Below, piece after piece: positions 25,701-46,519 of a stretch of DNA of 57,054 nt. The translations under genes and the position numbers were made by a program. Below the pieces are notes generated by a model that saw only the letters and a program-made list of their open reading frames with translations, made no database searches and was not told the DNA's origin. Positions within the stretch are counted from its first letter, which is position 1. Each line of letters opens with the position of its first letter. This DNA is from Mesotaenium endlicherianum (taxonomy: Eukaryota). Where the stretch lies: NCBI GenBank assembly GCA_009602735.1, contig WELA01001240.1, positions 107,041 through 164,094 on the forward strand. Reading direction: 5' to 3'.

Positions 25701-28546
25701 ACGCCAGCTGGATGGCCTTGAAGTGCGTCTCAATTTCCTCCTTCTTCTCCGTCTTGGCCGCCTCCGTCTTCTCGCCCAGCAGGATGGACGCCTGCTTGTC
25801 CGGGTGGTGCCGCAGCGCCGCCTCCCTGCAGAGGCGGAGGCGGAGGCGGAGGAGGCAAGGGGAGGCAAGGTCAGCGAGGAGGGCAAGCGGTGACGGGGAA
25901 GGGAGATCGAAAGGTTGCAGTGCAGCAGCAGCAGAAAGCAGCGGCAGCGGGAAGAAGGGCCAGAGGGGATGCTGCGAGATGCGACAGTTGAGGGCATTGC
26001 CAGCCAAGGTGCGAACCGGAAGGTCAAAGAGGGGGAGGAGGAGGTAAAACAAGAAAGGCGGAGGGGGGGGGAAGAAGGGAAGGGTGCACCGGCAGCAGCA
26101 GAAGGGACAGCGGCAGAGGCAGAGGCAGCAAAGGGATGCAAGCATGGCCAGGAGGAGAGGGGAGGACAGGCAAGGGAAGCAAGGGAGGGTGCACTGCAGG
26201 GCAGCAGCAGCGAAGATCACATGAGGCAGACGCAAGAATTCCGGCAAGACTGAACGACAACACGGAAGGAAGAATGGGGGAGGAAAGAGAGGTGCAGAAG
26301 GGAGAGGGCAAAAGGAGCAGGGGTGCGAGGAATACAGAACTGATAAGGAGGAAGAAGGGTATGTGAAAGAAGGAAAGGTGCAGAAAGGGGAAGGGAGAGG
26401 GAGAAAGGGAGCGGAAGAAGAAGAACGGGGGAGGAGGGAGGAGGGAGGAGGAGGAGGGAGCAAGAGGAGAAGGAGGCAGGATAGGGCAAAGAGAATGAAA
26501 GAGTGTGTGCGCGTGCGTGAACAATGGCTGCGCCGATGGACAGAAAGTTGGCACAGCAATGGGGGGCCCCTACCCCTTAACAAAAGTGGGCACACGGAGC
26601 AAACGCACGGAGCAAGACGAAAACTTCTAGCTGCCGAAGGGCTAAAAGTGGGGAAAGAGAAACTCCATGCTTGTGCAGTCTTCCAACCCCTCCTCCCCCC
26701 CCNNNNNNNNNNNNNNNNNNNNNNNNNNNNNNNNNNNNNNNNNNNNNNNNNNNNNNNNNNNNNNNNNNNNNNNNNNNNNNNNNNNNNNNNNNNNNNNNNN
26801 NNNNNNNNNNNNNNNNNNNNNNNNNNNNNNNNNNNNNNNNNNNNNNNNNNNNNNNNNNNNNNNNNNNNNNNNNNNNNNNNNNNNNNNNNNNNNNNNNNNN
26901 NNNNNNNNNNNNNNNNNNNNNNNNNNNNNNNNCCCCTCCTTTTCCTCTCCCCCCAGTCTCACCCGCTTTTACTCCTGGTGCAATCTGCTGCTGTAAAACT
27001 TCCACCAGCAAGCTAGTTCAGAATGCCGCAAGTACTTTCCCTCAGGAGTGAAAGGAGATTGGCGCAGCTCCTTAGAGCACAAATCACACCTTGAATCCGA
27101 CAGGGATGACAGATGCGACTACATGGATACACAGCACTCTTATGAAGAGAGCACTCTTCCTCAGCTCCTGACTCGCCCGTACTAGTCTCTCCACCTTCAC
27201 CCCGTCCTCACCCTGACTACCTCTTTTTTTGGGGTCTAATCTTCCATCTTTCTGAAGGTGGGGGCTTTTGGGCAAAGGGCAGGGGCAGGTTCACTGGTAA
27301 AAACAACAGCTGTCAAATGTAACAGCTCTTCAGAGAAACAGCCTGTTGCTCTCGGATCAACAAGGGAACAAAGGCATCAGCCTGAAGGCTGTCGTCGACT
27401 TTGTTGCACCGAGGAGAGAAAGAAAACAAGGAGGAGAAAAGTGAGGGGGGGGGACCTTAATCTGCTCCAGGGCCAGGATTGGTGAGAATTTCTATGCACT
27501 TCTGCCTATCTGACATGCACCTTGTCGCAATTGCAGGCTTGCACTTACCAGTACACATATATCTTTTCTCCCAGCCACTTGTGTGCTGTACTCACTGAAA
27601 TTTGTTCTTATTCATCCCTTTCACCCAAGTACCATCCAAGAGAGAGCCCCAAGCTGACAGCATACACGTAACGCATACGAACATGGACCTATCCAAAGCA
27701 GTTGCACACAACTGACTCTATAATAAATACTTTGAGCAAGTAATTCAGGGCCATTTCCAGCTTTCCAGGAACAAAAAGCCTCTGTAATCCTGTCACATAG
27801 TTAAGGAACAACACCAATAGCTACAAGTGGTAACACTTGAGGTACATCTAGACACGCACATTCACGACACCTGTCTCATGAAGGGCGCAAAGCTGAGGCC
27901 TTGTTTGTAACCACTAGGAAGGTGAGAGTAGCAACTCGGCCAACAGGTGAAGATGGCGCAAGAGGGGCAAGAAGGACCTGGACCGGTGTAAATACCCATC
28001 TTGTTTACATTGGAGAAGGGGTCTTCACCCTTAAGAAAAGCACGGAGGTGGACATGTTCACCACAGTAAAGAAATCCAGCGCTTCAGCACACTGCACCAT
28101 AATGAAGGGAGACATTGCACATCTGCAGAATGGGAAGATACCAAAAAGAGGAAAAGAGATCAGAGGAAAAGGACGGAGAAGGATTACCTGTAGGCTTTCT
28201 TCAGCTGATCATCGTTTGCCAAGTACCGAAGGTGACCCAAGCCTAGCAGGGCATAGTGGTCCTGCTCGACCCCCCCCTCTTTCCCCTTCTTTTTTGACCT
28301 CCCGCTGCTCTCCCAGGCTCCGGAATCAGTTGCAGGGGACTCGCCCTTCTTGTCCTCCTTACCCTCGCCCTCCTCATCGCTGTCTTTATCTTCAATCACC
28401 CCAGAGAACCGGAGGGCTGCTGTGTGGAAGGAAATGCCTGCTGGCTCGAACCAGTGGCCCTTCAGGGGCTTTGCTGGGGAAGATTTGATCAATGATCCCC
28501 CCTCTGGCACTTCTGAAGCATCAAATTTAAGCCGAAACGACGGCAT
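19761..28546 (-). CDS. ZRF1: DnaJ homolog subfamily C member 2 / zuotin-related factor (J domain, zuotin homology, coiled coil, SANT/Myb)
   Basis: Exons 28546-28188 (EPAGISFH...QDHYALLGLGHLRYLA), 25825-25565 (HHPDK...RRNYDSTDEFDD...FFKVFGPVFMRNG), 25073-24875 (FYDFWWGFKSWREFP...KRWMERQN), 24011-gap at 23695 (RIRLLVENAWRRDPRI), 20939-20476 (WSEAQEVALVRALKAFPK) and 19857-19761 (WERICAAVPGKTKAQC). The middle, including the expected first SANT repeat, is not visible and probably lies in N-gaps 22895-23695 and/or 21573-21828. Confidence 0.93.
20355..20465. repeat. (CTAGGG/CTAAGG)-type telomere-variant repeat in the last ZRF1 intron
   Basis: gggctaggggctaggggactagggatagggctaagg... is directly visible. 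Confidence 0.7.
25830..26520. repeat. Purine-rich (plus strand) low-complexity intronic tract
   Basis: ~700 nt G/A-rich tract inside ZRF1 intron 1, pyrimidine-rich on the transcript strand. Confidence 0.7.
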
Positions 28547-31228
28547 GGTATCCTATAGCCCCGGATCACATCTGTAGGGTTTCAGTTTAGTCGTGTAGCT
28601 CCGTATGCTACTACAAATAACAGTCTCTAGACTTGCTAAGAGATGCAGGCAACCTCAGACGGGTATACTTGGATGTTACACGAGCAGGTTCGATTGTCTT
28701 ACTGTCTTGAGTATGGGAAGTACAACCTATACAATGGCTCTCACTTAGTCAACAACAGCCTTTGTTCTTGGTCTACGGTGTTGGCAGTATCTCCCCCCAC
28801 AATACAATCTACTGCTTATAAGACGCAGGCACTTCCTTGGAGGACGTCAAATGGCTATCACTTGCCTCTTTCACAGTTGCACAAGATGCAGATCACTTCA
28901 GAAATCTAGGCGATAATTTGAAGAATCGCTAAGCAACCCCTTCTTACAATGCAGAGCAGAAATACTTCTTGAAATTCAGCTTGCAGGATCAAGGAAGATC
29001 AACTACGAATGAAGTCCGACGTACACTTTAACCAGAAAAAGAGCAAGCAGAAACTACTGCAATGCAGATAGAAAGATTATTGAGAGGAAATCGTATTCGT
29101 CTTTGACGAAAAAAGAGATCGAACTAGACGGCGTATGTTCTGCGGGAAGAAGCAGCACCCTACACGCCCCTCTGATCTCTGAAGGCTGAAGGCTGCTGTG
29201 AGGTTCACCAAGCTAATCTGAAAGGCAAATGGAGGAATCAAAATTCTCGAACTTCAGGCGCCTTTCCTTTTTTCTCCTCGCCAATCGCCAGCAGCGGCGC
29301 GTGTAAAGTGATGACAGCGGCCACCTCCAGGAAAAAGTTGAGCTAGCTGCAGGCGCCTCTGCCCACCTCTGCCCCCACCTCTGCCCCACCAATTCCAGAG
29401 GAGAGTCCCTGCCTCAAGGAGCCGCAAATACTCCGCCCCACCTCGCCCCGCTCCGACCCACTCCCCCCCTTCAAATCGCGATACCTCCGTACAGACTATA
29501 CGACCTCGACTAGAAGGAATCTTGCCGGGCTTCAGTACCAAGAGCGCTGTTGTGACGTGCTGTCGGACATGATCCAACCTCGACCCAACTCGACGCGCAC
29601 GTACTCTGACTCTATCGGCCACTATCGGCTATTATTATGCAAATTCGTCATAGTTTACATCAAATTATTCGAGGCACTCTGTCGGGCTCAAACATGACCT
29701 AAGCACGTGTTAGAAGAAGAGTCCTACCGCCCGTTTAAAATAGTAACCCTACCGCAATGGCTGGCGGCAGGTTGTAACTGATGGGAGTCTGGTACATGGG
29801 GGGAATTTGGCGCTATTTAACCGGATGTCCATATTCTGGTCACTACATAATTTTCCAGACTTCGATTTCAGGTCGTCACTCATTCATATGTTTGCTTCAT
29901 AGTAGCATTCTAGTTTCTAAACATTAATGTGTGCTTCTATATTATGGTCGTTCGTTTAACTTTAAAGTCACTAATTTTCCCGGGAGTAATCCTGAAAGCG
30001 TAAGCCCCCCATGGTCTGGTAGCAGTAGGTATTGATGAGTGCGAGTTGATACCTTGCTTTGACTTATCTACTTGCTTTCCAGCGTAGATATGACCAGCAA
30101 AGCTTTCAGAAGAAATGCGAAGGTTGAGATTGGTTGGGATAGGTTGAGACGGCCCAGCATAGAATACGCCATCGAAGGTCCGGAAATTGAAGTACAAAAT
30201 GGAAAGGGTGTGCACGGTCATAGTTATTACAACGGCACCTAAAATTACCGGAAAATAGGTGTCCAAGTCCGTTCCAGGGAGCACCAGGGAGCAATGCAAC
30301 GCAAATTTGTGCCTGCTGTTGATTTTTGCATATGAATGATGATTTCGAAATTTGCATCATTTCACATGAACTGTGATCACTCTGATTGGGACTTTGTTTC
30401 TGACGCTTCTACCGACTACAGACAGAGTTGGCCAGAGTGAGATAGACCACGTAGCACGTCGACAGCTAAGAATCTCTAATGCCGCCAAGTGGAGGCCAGT
30501 CTAAGCTCCCTGACCGTGAGAGGGCGGGACCTGCAAAGCTGCTCCAGTGTAAGAGAGGGTAAGAGAGCCATGATCGTGAAAGCGAGCGCTAGTTTCAAAT
30601 TCGGATTGCGCAATGCGGCAACTGATGAAGCGAGCACCTTAGTTAGCTAGCCTTGCAGTGAACGAGCAGGAACTATAACACATTCATAGCCGATGACCAG
30701 ATCTCTTATGCAGATATCCCCATGCAGCAGCAGTCGTACAATCAAGACAGCTGGATTGGTAGTTAAGAAAATTTCGAATAACTGCATATGGTTCTAATAT
30801 GACCTGAAACTTTGAGTACGTTCATTGAGGTATCCGCCATTTGGTGTAGGCCTGACGAGTAACTAGGTCATCATATTGATTGTTATTGGAATATCAGCTG
30901 CTTGACGTAATCCCCTCGAACTGAATATTCTATGGGTCCAGTTACTGTGAATAGCCAGATGGCCCCAATTGTGTACTATGCTTACTTTTTCACTAGAGGC
31001 TTCAAGCGTAGCGATCAAGCTGGCAGGTGATTAAATTAGAAAGGCTTATTAGGCCACAGAGGGATTGACGAGGGATTGAAGAGGGAGTCCATTGTAAGCT
31101 CGTCTGTCAAAACTGGCAGTACTGAGTAGGCACCCATGACAGCAACCCCTTCGCGTGCTACATTGCTACGTTGAAAAATCGAGGTCTTTTGTGTGACCTG
31201 GCACATTCAGTAGTGACTAACAACTCAG

Positions 31229-39952
<8,724 letters not shown>

Positions 39953-41661
39953 AGCCCAAAGTTGAAGGCCTAACCCCTAGGCTCAAAACCTTCGGCTAAA
40001 AAGTCATAATTTCTACCAAATGGCAAGGAGCCAAATTTTGTCAGCATGTAAAGTTTAAGGTTCAGTTGAGTATTTATGTCGTCAGACATTCTCTGGAGGT
40101 ATTTGCCCTTTGTCTCGCAAGTCACCACCTACGCTCTCCTAAATCTAGGTAGGAATGCCAAATGGCTAGCTATAGCAAAAGAGAAATAGTATTTATTCCA
40201 ATCGTATTCTCAGAAAATGTTGCAACCTGCCCGCGAGGTTCGTCACGTGGTCCTTGAACTCTCTCATTGTCAGGTCCAAGTGAAAGTGATCACATCTAGT
40301 AGCTCTTCACAGACGTGGATTTGGAAGTGCATGCACTTAGATGTGGAGGTCCTTTTGCTTTTCAATCCCTTGTCCTCAGACCCCGAACCCGTAGACTAAG
40401 AGTCTAAGACCGCTCCGATTCTCCACGGTAAAAGGCTTCTTAACTTGTCAAGTGGGTCGCATAGTTGATGCCTTGGCGAGGAGTTAGATGTACGACTCCC
40501 TAGATGAGGAATTCAAGAAGTCGATACTCTAGACTTTTGAAGGATGAAACTCTCGCCTTGGCCTTAGAAGTAGCCTACTTGGAACTTGCACCCTATGGTG
40601 GCACCGTGGCACCCTCGTGCATTTCTTGATCACCGGGACAAGTCTTTTGCTAGATCAAACAACCTCGACCTATTTGCTTGATTGTGAGTTCATTACACAA
40701 TCATGACTTGTAGAATATGCAATTTTTGTGTGTTGAAGGCGTCAAATTAGTATGGTAGTGCTGCGATACTTTACGCTTTGACATAATTGATGCCAACATA
40801 AGTATGGAGTATGCACTACACGCAACGTTCCAATCTGCACCATGTGGGTGCATCATAAAAGCAATTTAGAAAAACACACATACATAGAAGACCGTTGAGC
40901 TTTTAGGGTTTTCGACTCCATCAATGGTCTTGAACGACAATAATGTTTCTCAGTAGGTAGGTTGAAGGGTGGGAGCTCGGAACTTGTCAAGGGGGTACGC
41001 TTTCAAGTCCTTTCAAGGCTCCACATGCGCATGCAAGCATTTTTAAGCTCTAGTCTTGGTACCTCATACGCACTCGGCACCAAGCCTTAACAAATTAAGA
41101 CTCTCAAGTTTACAAGCACGCACTAAGAATTTGCAACACAAACTTAAATACGCTTACTTTCAGGTACAATGATAGGCTTACATGGCGACCCCCGTCACCA
41201 AACTTATTGTACGCAAAGCTTCGCACTCCATTGCTCGCTCGACAATTTCAACTCAACTAAGGCTTGCACCGATAATTAGCACCAATGTCACAAATAGCAC
41301 TAATGCCACAAGAAGCAACTTGGTGTGCTAAGTGGCTGCGACTTTTCAAAAGCTTTGATTGGAAGTCGTGCACAAAGGTGTCGTGCCTAGTCGTGTCGGA
41401 GCACGTGTGCCATCGACCATGTTGATGTGTCGGCGATCCTTCGCTCATGTGTGCTTTGCCTGGTCCACTAGTCGGTGCATCCCTGCACGTGGGGAATCAA
41501 CCTGGTAGATCGACCTCCGCGCATTTTTGGTCTGCCTGCACTCATGCTGCAAGTGAGTGAAGCCAGCATTTAGTGTTCTCACTTCAAGCTCTTCTTCTCT
41601 CACTTCCTATTTCACAATAGTATATTTGCAACAAGTTTTCTACTGCTCATTTTCCTTTACA

Positions 41662-41673
41662 CCCCTCCCTTTC
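41662..41673 (-). other. Polypurine tract of the outer element, followed by the TG start of the presumed 3' LTR at 41661
   Basis: The minus strand reads GAAAGGGAGGGG|TGTAAAGG, ~65 nt after the PHD stop codon. Confidence 0.7.
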
Positions 41674-41738
41674 ACCTGAGACGTCCCCGTCTCTTAGCTA
41701 TAAGTTGTTTTTTGTTTATCAACCTTTCAATTAGAAGG

Positions 41739-41881
41739 TTAAGGAAAGCAGTGAAGGCACTCCCATTGCCCTGCCATAATCTCTTCTTCACCAAGGCAGA
41801 AAGTGTGCCATTGGGCACCACACTTTTTGCAGGTCACCATTGCCTCTTGATCATCCAGCACTTTGCACCTGGCACAAGGTG
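41739..41881 (-). pseudogene. PHD finger (C4HC3) at the C-terminus of the outer element's integrase
   Basis: Manual translation: PCARCKVLDDQEAMVTCKKCGAQWHTFCLGEEEIMAGQWECLHCFP*. All eight Zn ligands are present, plus the conserved W before the last Cys pair. Confidence 0.9.
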
Positions 41882-42235
41882 CCTAGCTATGGAATACCTA
41901 TTTGGAGAACACGTAAAACGAATACGTATTGCAAAAATAGGTGTAAAAAATGGCAATACGTGTGAGATACATTCTTCCAAGATTCTCGCAAAAATCGACA
42001 GGGCTTATAACTTCCAAATTGCTTAGAAACTTCGAGCGCAATTGGTTGCAAATGGTAGAGGACTCACTTTGCTGTGATATGAAGGTGGTGAAAGTAAAAA
42101 ATCATTGTTACATTTTCAAACCGCCGAAGATTCATTTTTACTTCGTCAAGACGCGTATTTTGAGTATTTTGAAAATGTCGAAATACGTGGTGGAATACGT
42201 CGCTCACGGACCGATACGAGTATTCCATAAATAGG
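41882..42235. mobile_element. 354-bp non-autonomous TIR DNA transposon (MITE) with an 8-bp TSD
   Basis: TSD ACAAGGTG at 41874-41881 and 42236-42243. Left end CCTAGCTATGGAATAC; reverse complement of the right end CCTATTTATGGAATAC (14/16). Removing it restores the frame KLVPATPCARCK. Confidence 0.9.
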
Positions 42236-43449
42236 ACAAGGTGTAGCTGGCACCAATTTCTTGGGCTCAACCCTAATAGTAGGATCAATTTTTCGCAGAT
42301 GGCAAAGCAAACAATTCTGCACATGACCTCTCATGGTTTTTCCATTTGAGCCTTCCAGCTCTAGCACACTCTTTCCAAATGCATGTTTCACACGCAAGAT
42401 CACTGCAAGTGAACTGGTGTCGATGATGGTCTTGGTCTAGCAATTCCTGTAGACGAAATCTCTTTTTGGATCTGCGTCATCTGTAGCCAATAACCCCCAG
42501 CCCGTGTCTTTGCGTAGCATTGGTTATCTCGCTTCTAAGCAATCTTCAAGTTGTCCAAAGCAGCTGGCATCGTGCGTTCAAACAATGCCTTTCAACGTAC
42601 CATGACTTTTACCAGCTCTTCTAGGCTGTCCGGGTTACTCACCTGCTCAATTTCCATCTTGATGCTGCTTGGCACCACAGGATTTCTTCCAAACAATATC
42701 TCATATGGTGAGTAATTCGCCAAGGCAGCCTGCTTGATGAACCTGTAATCCATTACCAGCCATGGCAGGGCCAGATCCCAGTCTCGCTTATCATGTTCCA
42801 GACGGTACTTTCGTAATGCCAACTTGATGGTTTGCACCATCCTTTCTGCTTGACCATTTGCTTGTGGATGGTCTCTGGATGTAGTCCGATCATCAATGAA
42901 GCATTTATCCAAGAGCTTTTGGAAAGACCTTTGGGACTGAGACCCTGGTCTGTCAGCACTTCTGCTGGAGCTCCATGACGCATAATCACATTGTTGAGAA
43001 GCGCTTCCGCGGTTCCCATACTCTCTTTAGCAATTAAAGGGACAACCTCTATCCACTTAGAGAAATGCTCAATCATGACCATAATATATTTATTTTTTCG
43101 CTTTGACAACGGTAGCTCACCAACGAGGTCGCACCTTTAGCGGTAGCCTAGGCCCATGATCGGCAGAGGTTGCAAGTGCAGGTGTTGTTAGTTGAAACCA
43201 GCCTTGACGCAATATCATCTTTGGCAGGTTTTGACCACATCTTTGCACTGCTGCTTTATGCCGCTCCACCAGAAAGACAACTCCAAAAGTTAATGTTATT
43301 TGGGCACCATAGTGTCCAGTGTTCTCGTGCATATCTTGCACCAGAGCTCGTCTCTTGATAGGTTTTGACATTAACTTTTCTTGGCCATTCTTTTCAATTT
43401 TGAAGGGGTTATTGCGTTTCCAGCAAAACCTTTTGGCTCGATGACTCAC
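42236..43449 (-). pseudogene. Integrase of the outer element (frameshifted)
   Basis: DMHENTGHYG; KYIMVMIEHFSKWIEVVPL...RHGAPAEVLTDQG; TTSRDHPQANGQAERMVQTIK...WDLALPW...SPYEILFGR; tail LELEGSNGKTMRGHVQNCLLCHLRKIDP. Confidence 0.9.
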
Positions 43450-43469
43450 CTAGTCTCTCTCTTTTGGAG

Positions 43470-44350
43470 ATAATAGTTTTACTATAATCCTTCACAAACT
43501 TACAATAGTTCCGCTTAGGCCCAATAGAACTCTCAGCTTAGACGCATTCGCAGGTGCAGGATTCTTCTAAATGGCCTCAATCTTTACAATCTGAGGGGAC
43601 ATAGCGTTGTTCTCAATCTCGTGACTTAAAAAAGGCACATGTGCCTCAAAGAACCTGCACTTTCCAAGATGCAGCGTCATCTAGAATTTCTTTAAGCGCA
43701 AAAACACTTGTTCCAAGTGCTCAAGGTGCTGTACGAGTGACTTACTAAACACCACAACATCATCAAGATATGGTTTTGTAAAAACCAGGCCCTCCAGCAC
43801 CTTATCCATAGTTCTTTGGAACATGGCAGGGGAATTTTTCAGCCTGAAGGGCATCACTGTCCATTGCCATATCTCTGTTTGAGCCCAGAAAGCGACCTTA
43901 CCTTGATCTTCTGTTTTTGTAGGAATCTGGTTGAAGCCTTGCCGCAGATCAATGATGCTGAACAACTTTCCGGTGGTGGCAATTGAGAAGAACCACTCTG
44001 GCATGAGCATAACATAGCTATCTAGCTCTGTGGAATTTAGTCGCCTGTAGTCACCACACATGCGGGTGGCACTGTAAGTGCCAGCCTCGTCTTCCTTTTC
44101 TACTACTATTGTGAAAGCTCCATGTACTAAGGTTTATTTTTCAATCATGCCAAGATTGTGTAGCTCTTGGCAGGTCTTCTCCACACAGTTCCACTCTGTT
44201 GGGCTGAGCTAATGCGGCCCAACATAATTGTCAGTGTTTAGTGTGACTTCACATGCAATTCACTGCCAATTTCCTCCTTTGTAAAGGCAAACACCTTTTG
44301 GTGCTTCTTTAGCAGCCTTTCTACTTGTGCCTTTTGCTGGGCAGAGGCCA
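43470..44350 (-). pseudogene. Reverse transcriptase of the outer element
   Basis: MCGDYRRLN, FSIIDLRQGFNQI, WTVMPFRLKNSPAMFQRTMD, YLDDVVVFS, GKCRFF, LLGLS..YCKFVKDYS. Confidence 0.92.
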
Positions 44351-46519
44351 TTTTTGCAATGGTGAACATCTATGTTTCAGGCTACTTCTCTCCACCAAAA
44401 ACATCTAGTAATTGCTATTTCTTTGGTTTGGGTCGAGGATGTTCACCCCCATCTTCTCCCTCTAGCTTTTCAGCCTGATTGCTTGGTGGTGGAGTAACAA
44501 GCTTTACAGCCTGGTCCTCCTAGGGTTTAGGCTCTTCAACTTTTCTCTTCAGAGGCAGGTTTCTACCTGAAGGTCGGTGTTTCTCCCTTCCTGTCAGGTG
44601 CTTCAATCGCCTCTTAACGGGTTGCCAGAGCCATCTCCGCTCATCTTCAGCCGTCCAGCTAAAGCCTGTTTCGCCTTCTTTGAGTTTGGGGCACACTACG
44701 ATTGGCCACCCAGCTGCGTCCACATTAGCAGGTCTGGGGCCCACTGTCTATCCCCACTACTGCTGGATATTTGTCAGACGTGCTGCTGTTGTTCCACGGG
44801 ATTCTCCCAATGGCGGCATAAACGTCCAGACTCAAGTGGCGTATTGTAGCTGCTGCACTTATGCAAGTCAGTTGCACACGGCGCTCTCCTTGGTAAGGAG
44901 TTGTACCGTCCTTCTCAAGGTGTTGAGTTCTTGTTTCATGACTTATGTCGCTCCAAGTGTTGGCTCAGCCCTTCCCCTCTTTTGAGAACTGGAAGGCTAA
45001 ACATAGGAATGCAAATATTCATCTCAACAGCTTTGCGCAACACGCCTCCTTCTCCCTCCTTTCCAAGATATCTTGGATAATCTTGGGTGGAGGGCCGGTG
45101 GCTCCTTTCGGAACACCCTCTATGTGCGCTTCACCTCTGTATTTCACATTGCGCTCAAATGTACGTCGACAGGTAGCATCCCTTCTTGGGCCACCTTTCT
45201 TGGCTTCTTTACAAAAGCCCCTGGTCTCTCTTGCACTGGCTCCTTCTTGGCAGTGCAACGTGCTAGTTCTGGTGGTCGTTGCAGCTGGTCGTTGGTAACG
45301 CGCTCCAAAGCAGCACTGGCAGCAGTAGGCAATCTTAGCTCCTTGTATAGATCTTTAGGATGGGGCCCCTCCACTGTCAAGCTGTCAATTAGCCATTTGC
45401 CTACTCGCAAAACCAACGCAGAGGGGTTAAGACAAGGAAAGTCAAAACGTGCATGGGAGATCATTCTCAATCTCCTTTGTGTCTGCCAGCTCTGGCAATT
45501 CCATTTCTGGAAGGTCAGGCACCTCCGCCTCTGACGCTGTTGGTTTCTCCACTTCTGGCAGTGGCGGCTTGTCTTCTTCCTCCTGTTGATAGTCATCATG
45601 TTAGTGATGACCGCTTGCAGAGACTGCACGGCTTGCGTCATCTTCTCCTCGCAACGTTTTGCCGAGTCTGTCTCCATAAGCTAGTCCATCATCTGCCTGG
45701 TGATTTTTCCAGCCATCAAGCAAACGGCACCCAGCTAGCACTCCTCCTTGGTTGGTGTTTGACCAGATGTGTGGAATGTCTCGGCCAATTTCTTGACCAA
45801 CTCCACTTTATAGTCCTCCATGGATTCTTCCAAGCAGATAGTCTGCCTAGGCTTCTCTGCTGAGGAAGAGTCAGATTTTGCTGAATCCTGGCTGTTGGCT
45901 TTAGCCCATTTGCCAATGTTGCACTTGCGCTCCTTGGGGCCTCCTCAAGGCTTTCCCAACCTGGGGTCCCATTTGACCATTCTGGCGATGGCGGAGCGTA
46001 GCGTGGGTTTGTTTCCCAACTGTTGGTGTCAACTTCTAGCGTTCGCGTCCAATTCCTGTGCCCAATCTCCACTTCCGTAGAGTCTGACTCAGAGGTGGTA
46101 TTATGTCATGGATTCTCCCTTTCTAAAGGTATGTCTCTGACTGGTAGGTCTTCTCTCACAGGCGGTATTGGCTGCCCTTTCAGACGTCTCTTTTCCCCTA
46201 GTGGTCTCTCTTTTCAGGGGTAGTGTGGACCTTCAATCCAGGCTCATTTTTCCGCACCAATGTGATTTCCCTTTCCAAAGACTTCTCATGCTCCTGCTTC
46301 TGCAAAGGTTCTCTCTGTCATGCCCACCTCCATATATGGAGTGCTTGTGCCCCTGACTTCACTGGACGCATTTTTGCACGTGGAGATCACCTCCAAACGT
46401 CTGCGCAATCTTCTTTCTGGCCTCTAGTCTGAAGTGTACACAGCTACTTCCAACACGCGGATAGCTAATGGTGCTGGTATAGGTCCCTCGTGGAAACTCA
46501 GTTGCTGCCAAGTAAGTAT

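Noticed and set aside
25048..26595. 515-aa ORF with a hydrophobic Leu/Pro/Phe/Cys N-terminus
   Set aside because: It is read-through of a pyrimidine-rich intron into ZRF1 exon 2, not a membrane protein.
5756..28546. Adjacency of two chromatin-related genes (EPL1, ZRF1) near an MTase-bearing element as a functional cluster
   Set aside because: Nothing in the sequence indicates co-regulation. Eukaryotic gene neighbourhood alone is weak evidence.
29937..30360. 120-aa ORF between ZRF1 and PERK
   Set aside because: No recognisable domain and no codon bias like the neighbouring genes. It is probably intergenic or UTR.
40000..41661. Full 3' LTR of the outer element
   Set aside because: Only the PPT-adjacent TG end is visible. 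I found no matching second copy or TSD in the window, so the boundaries are not called.
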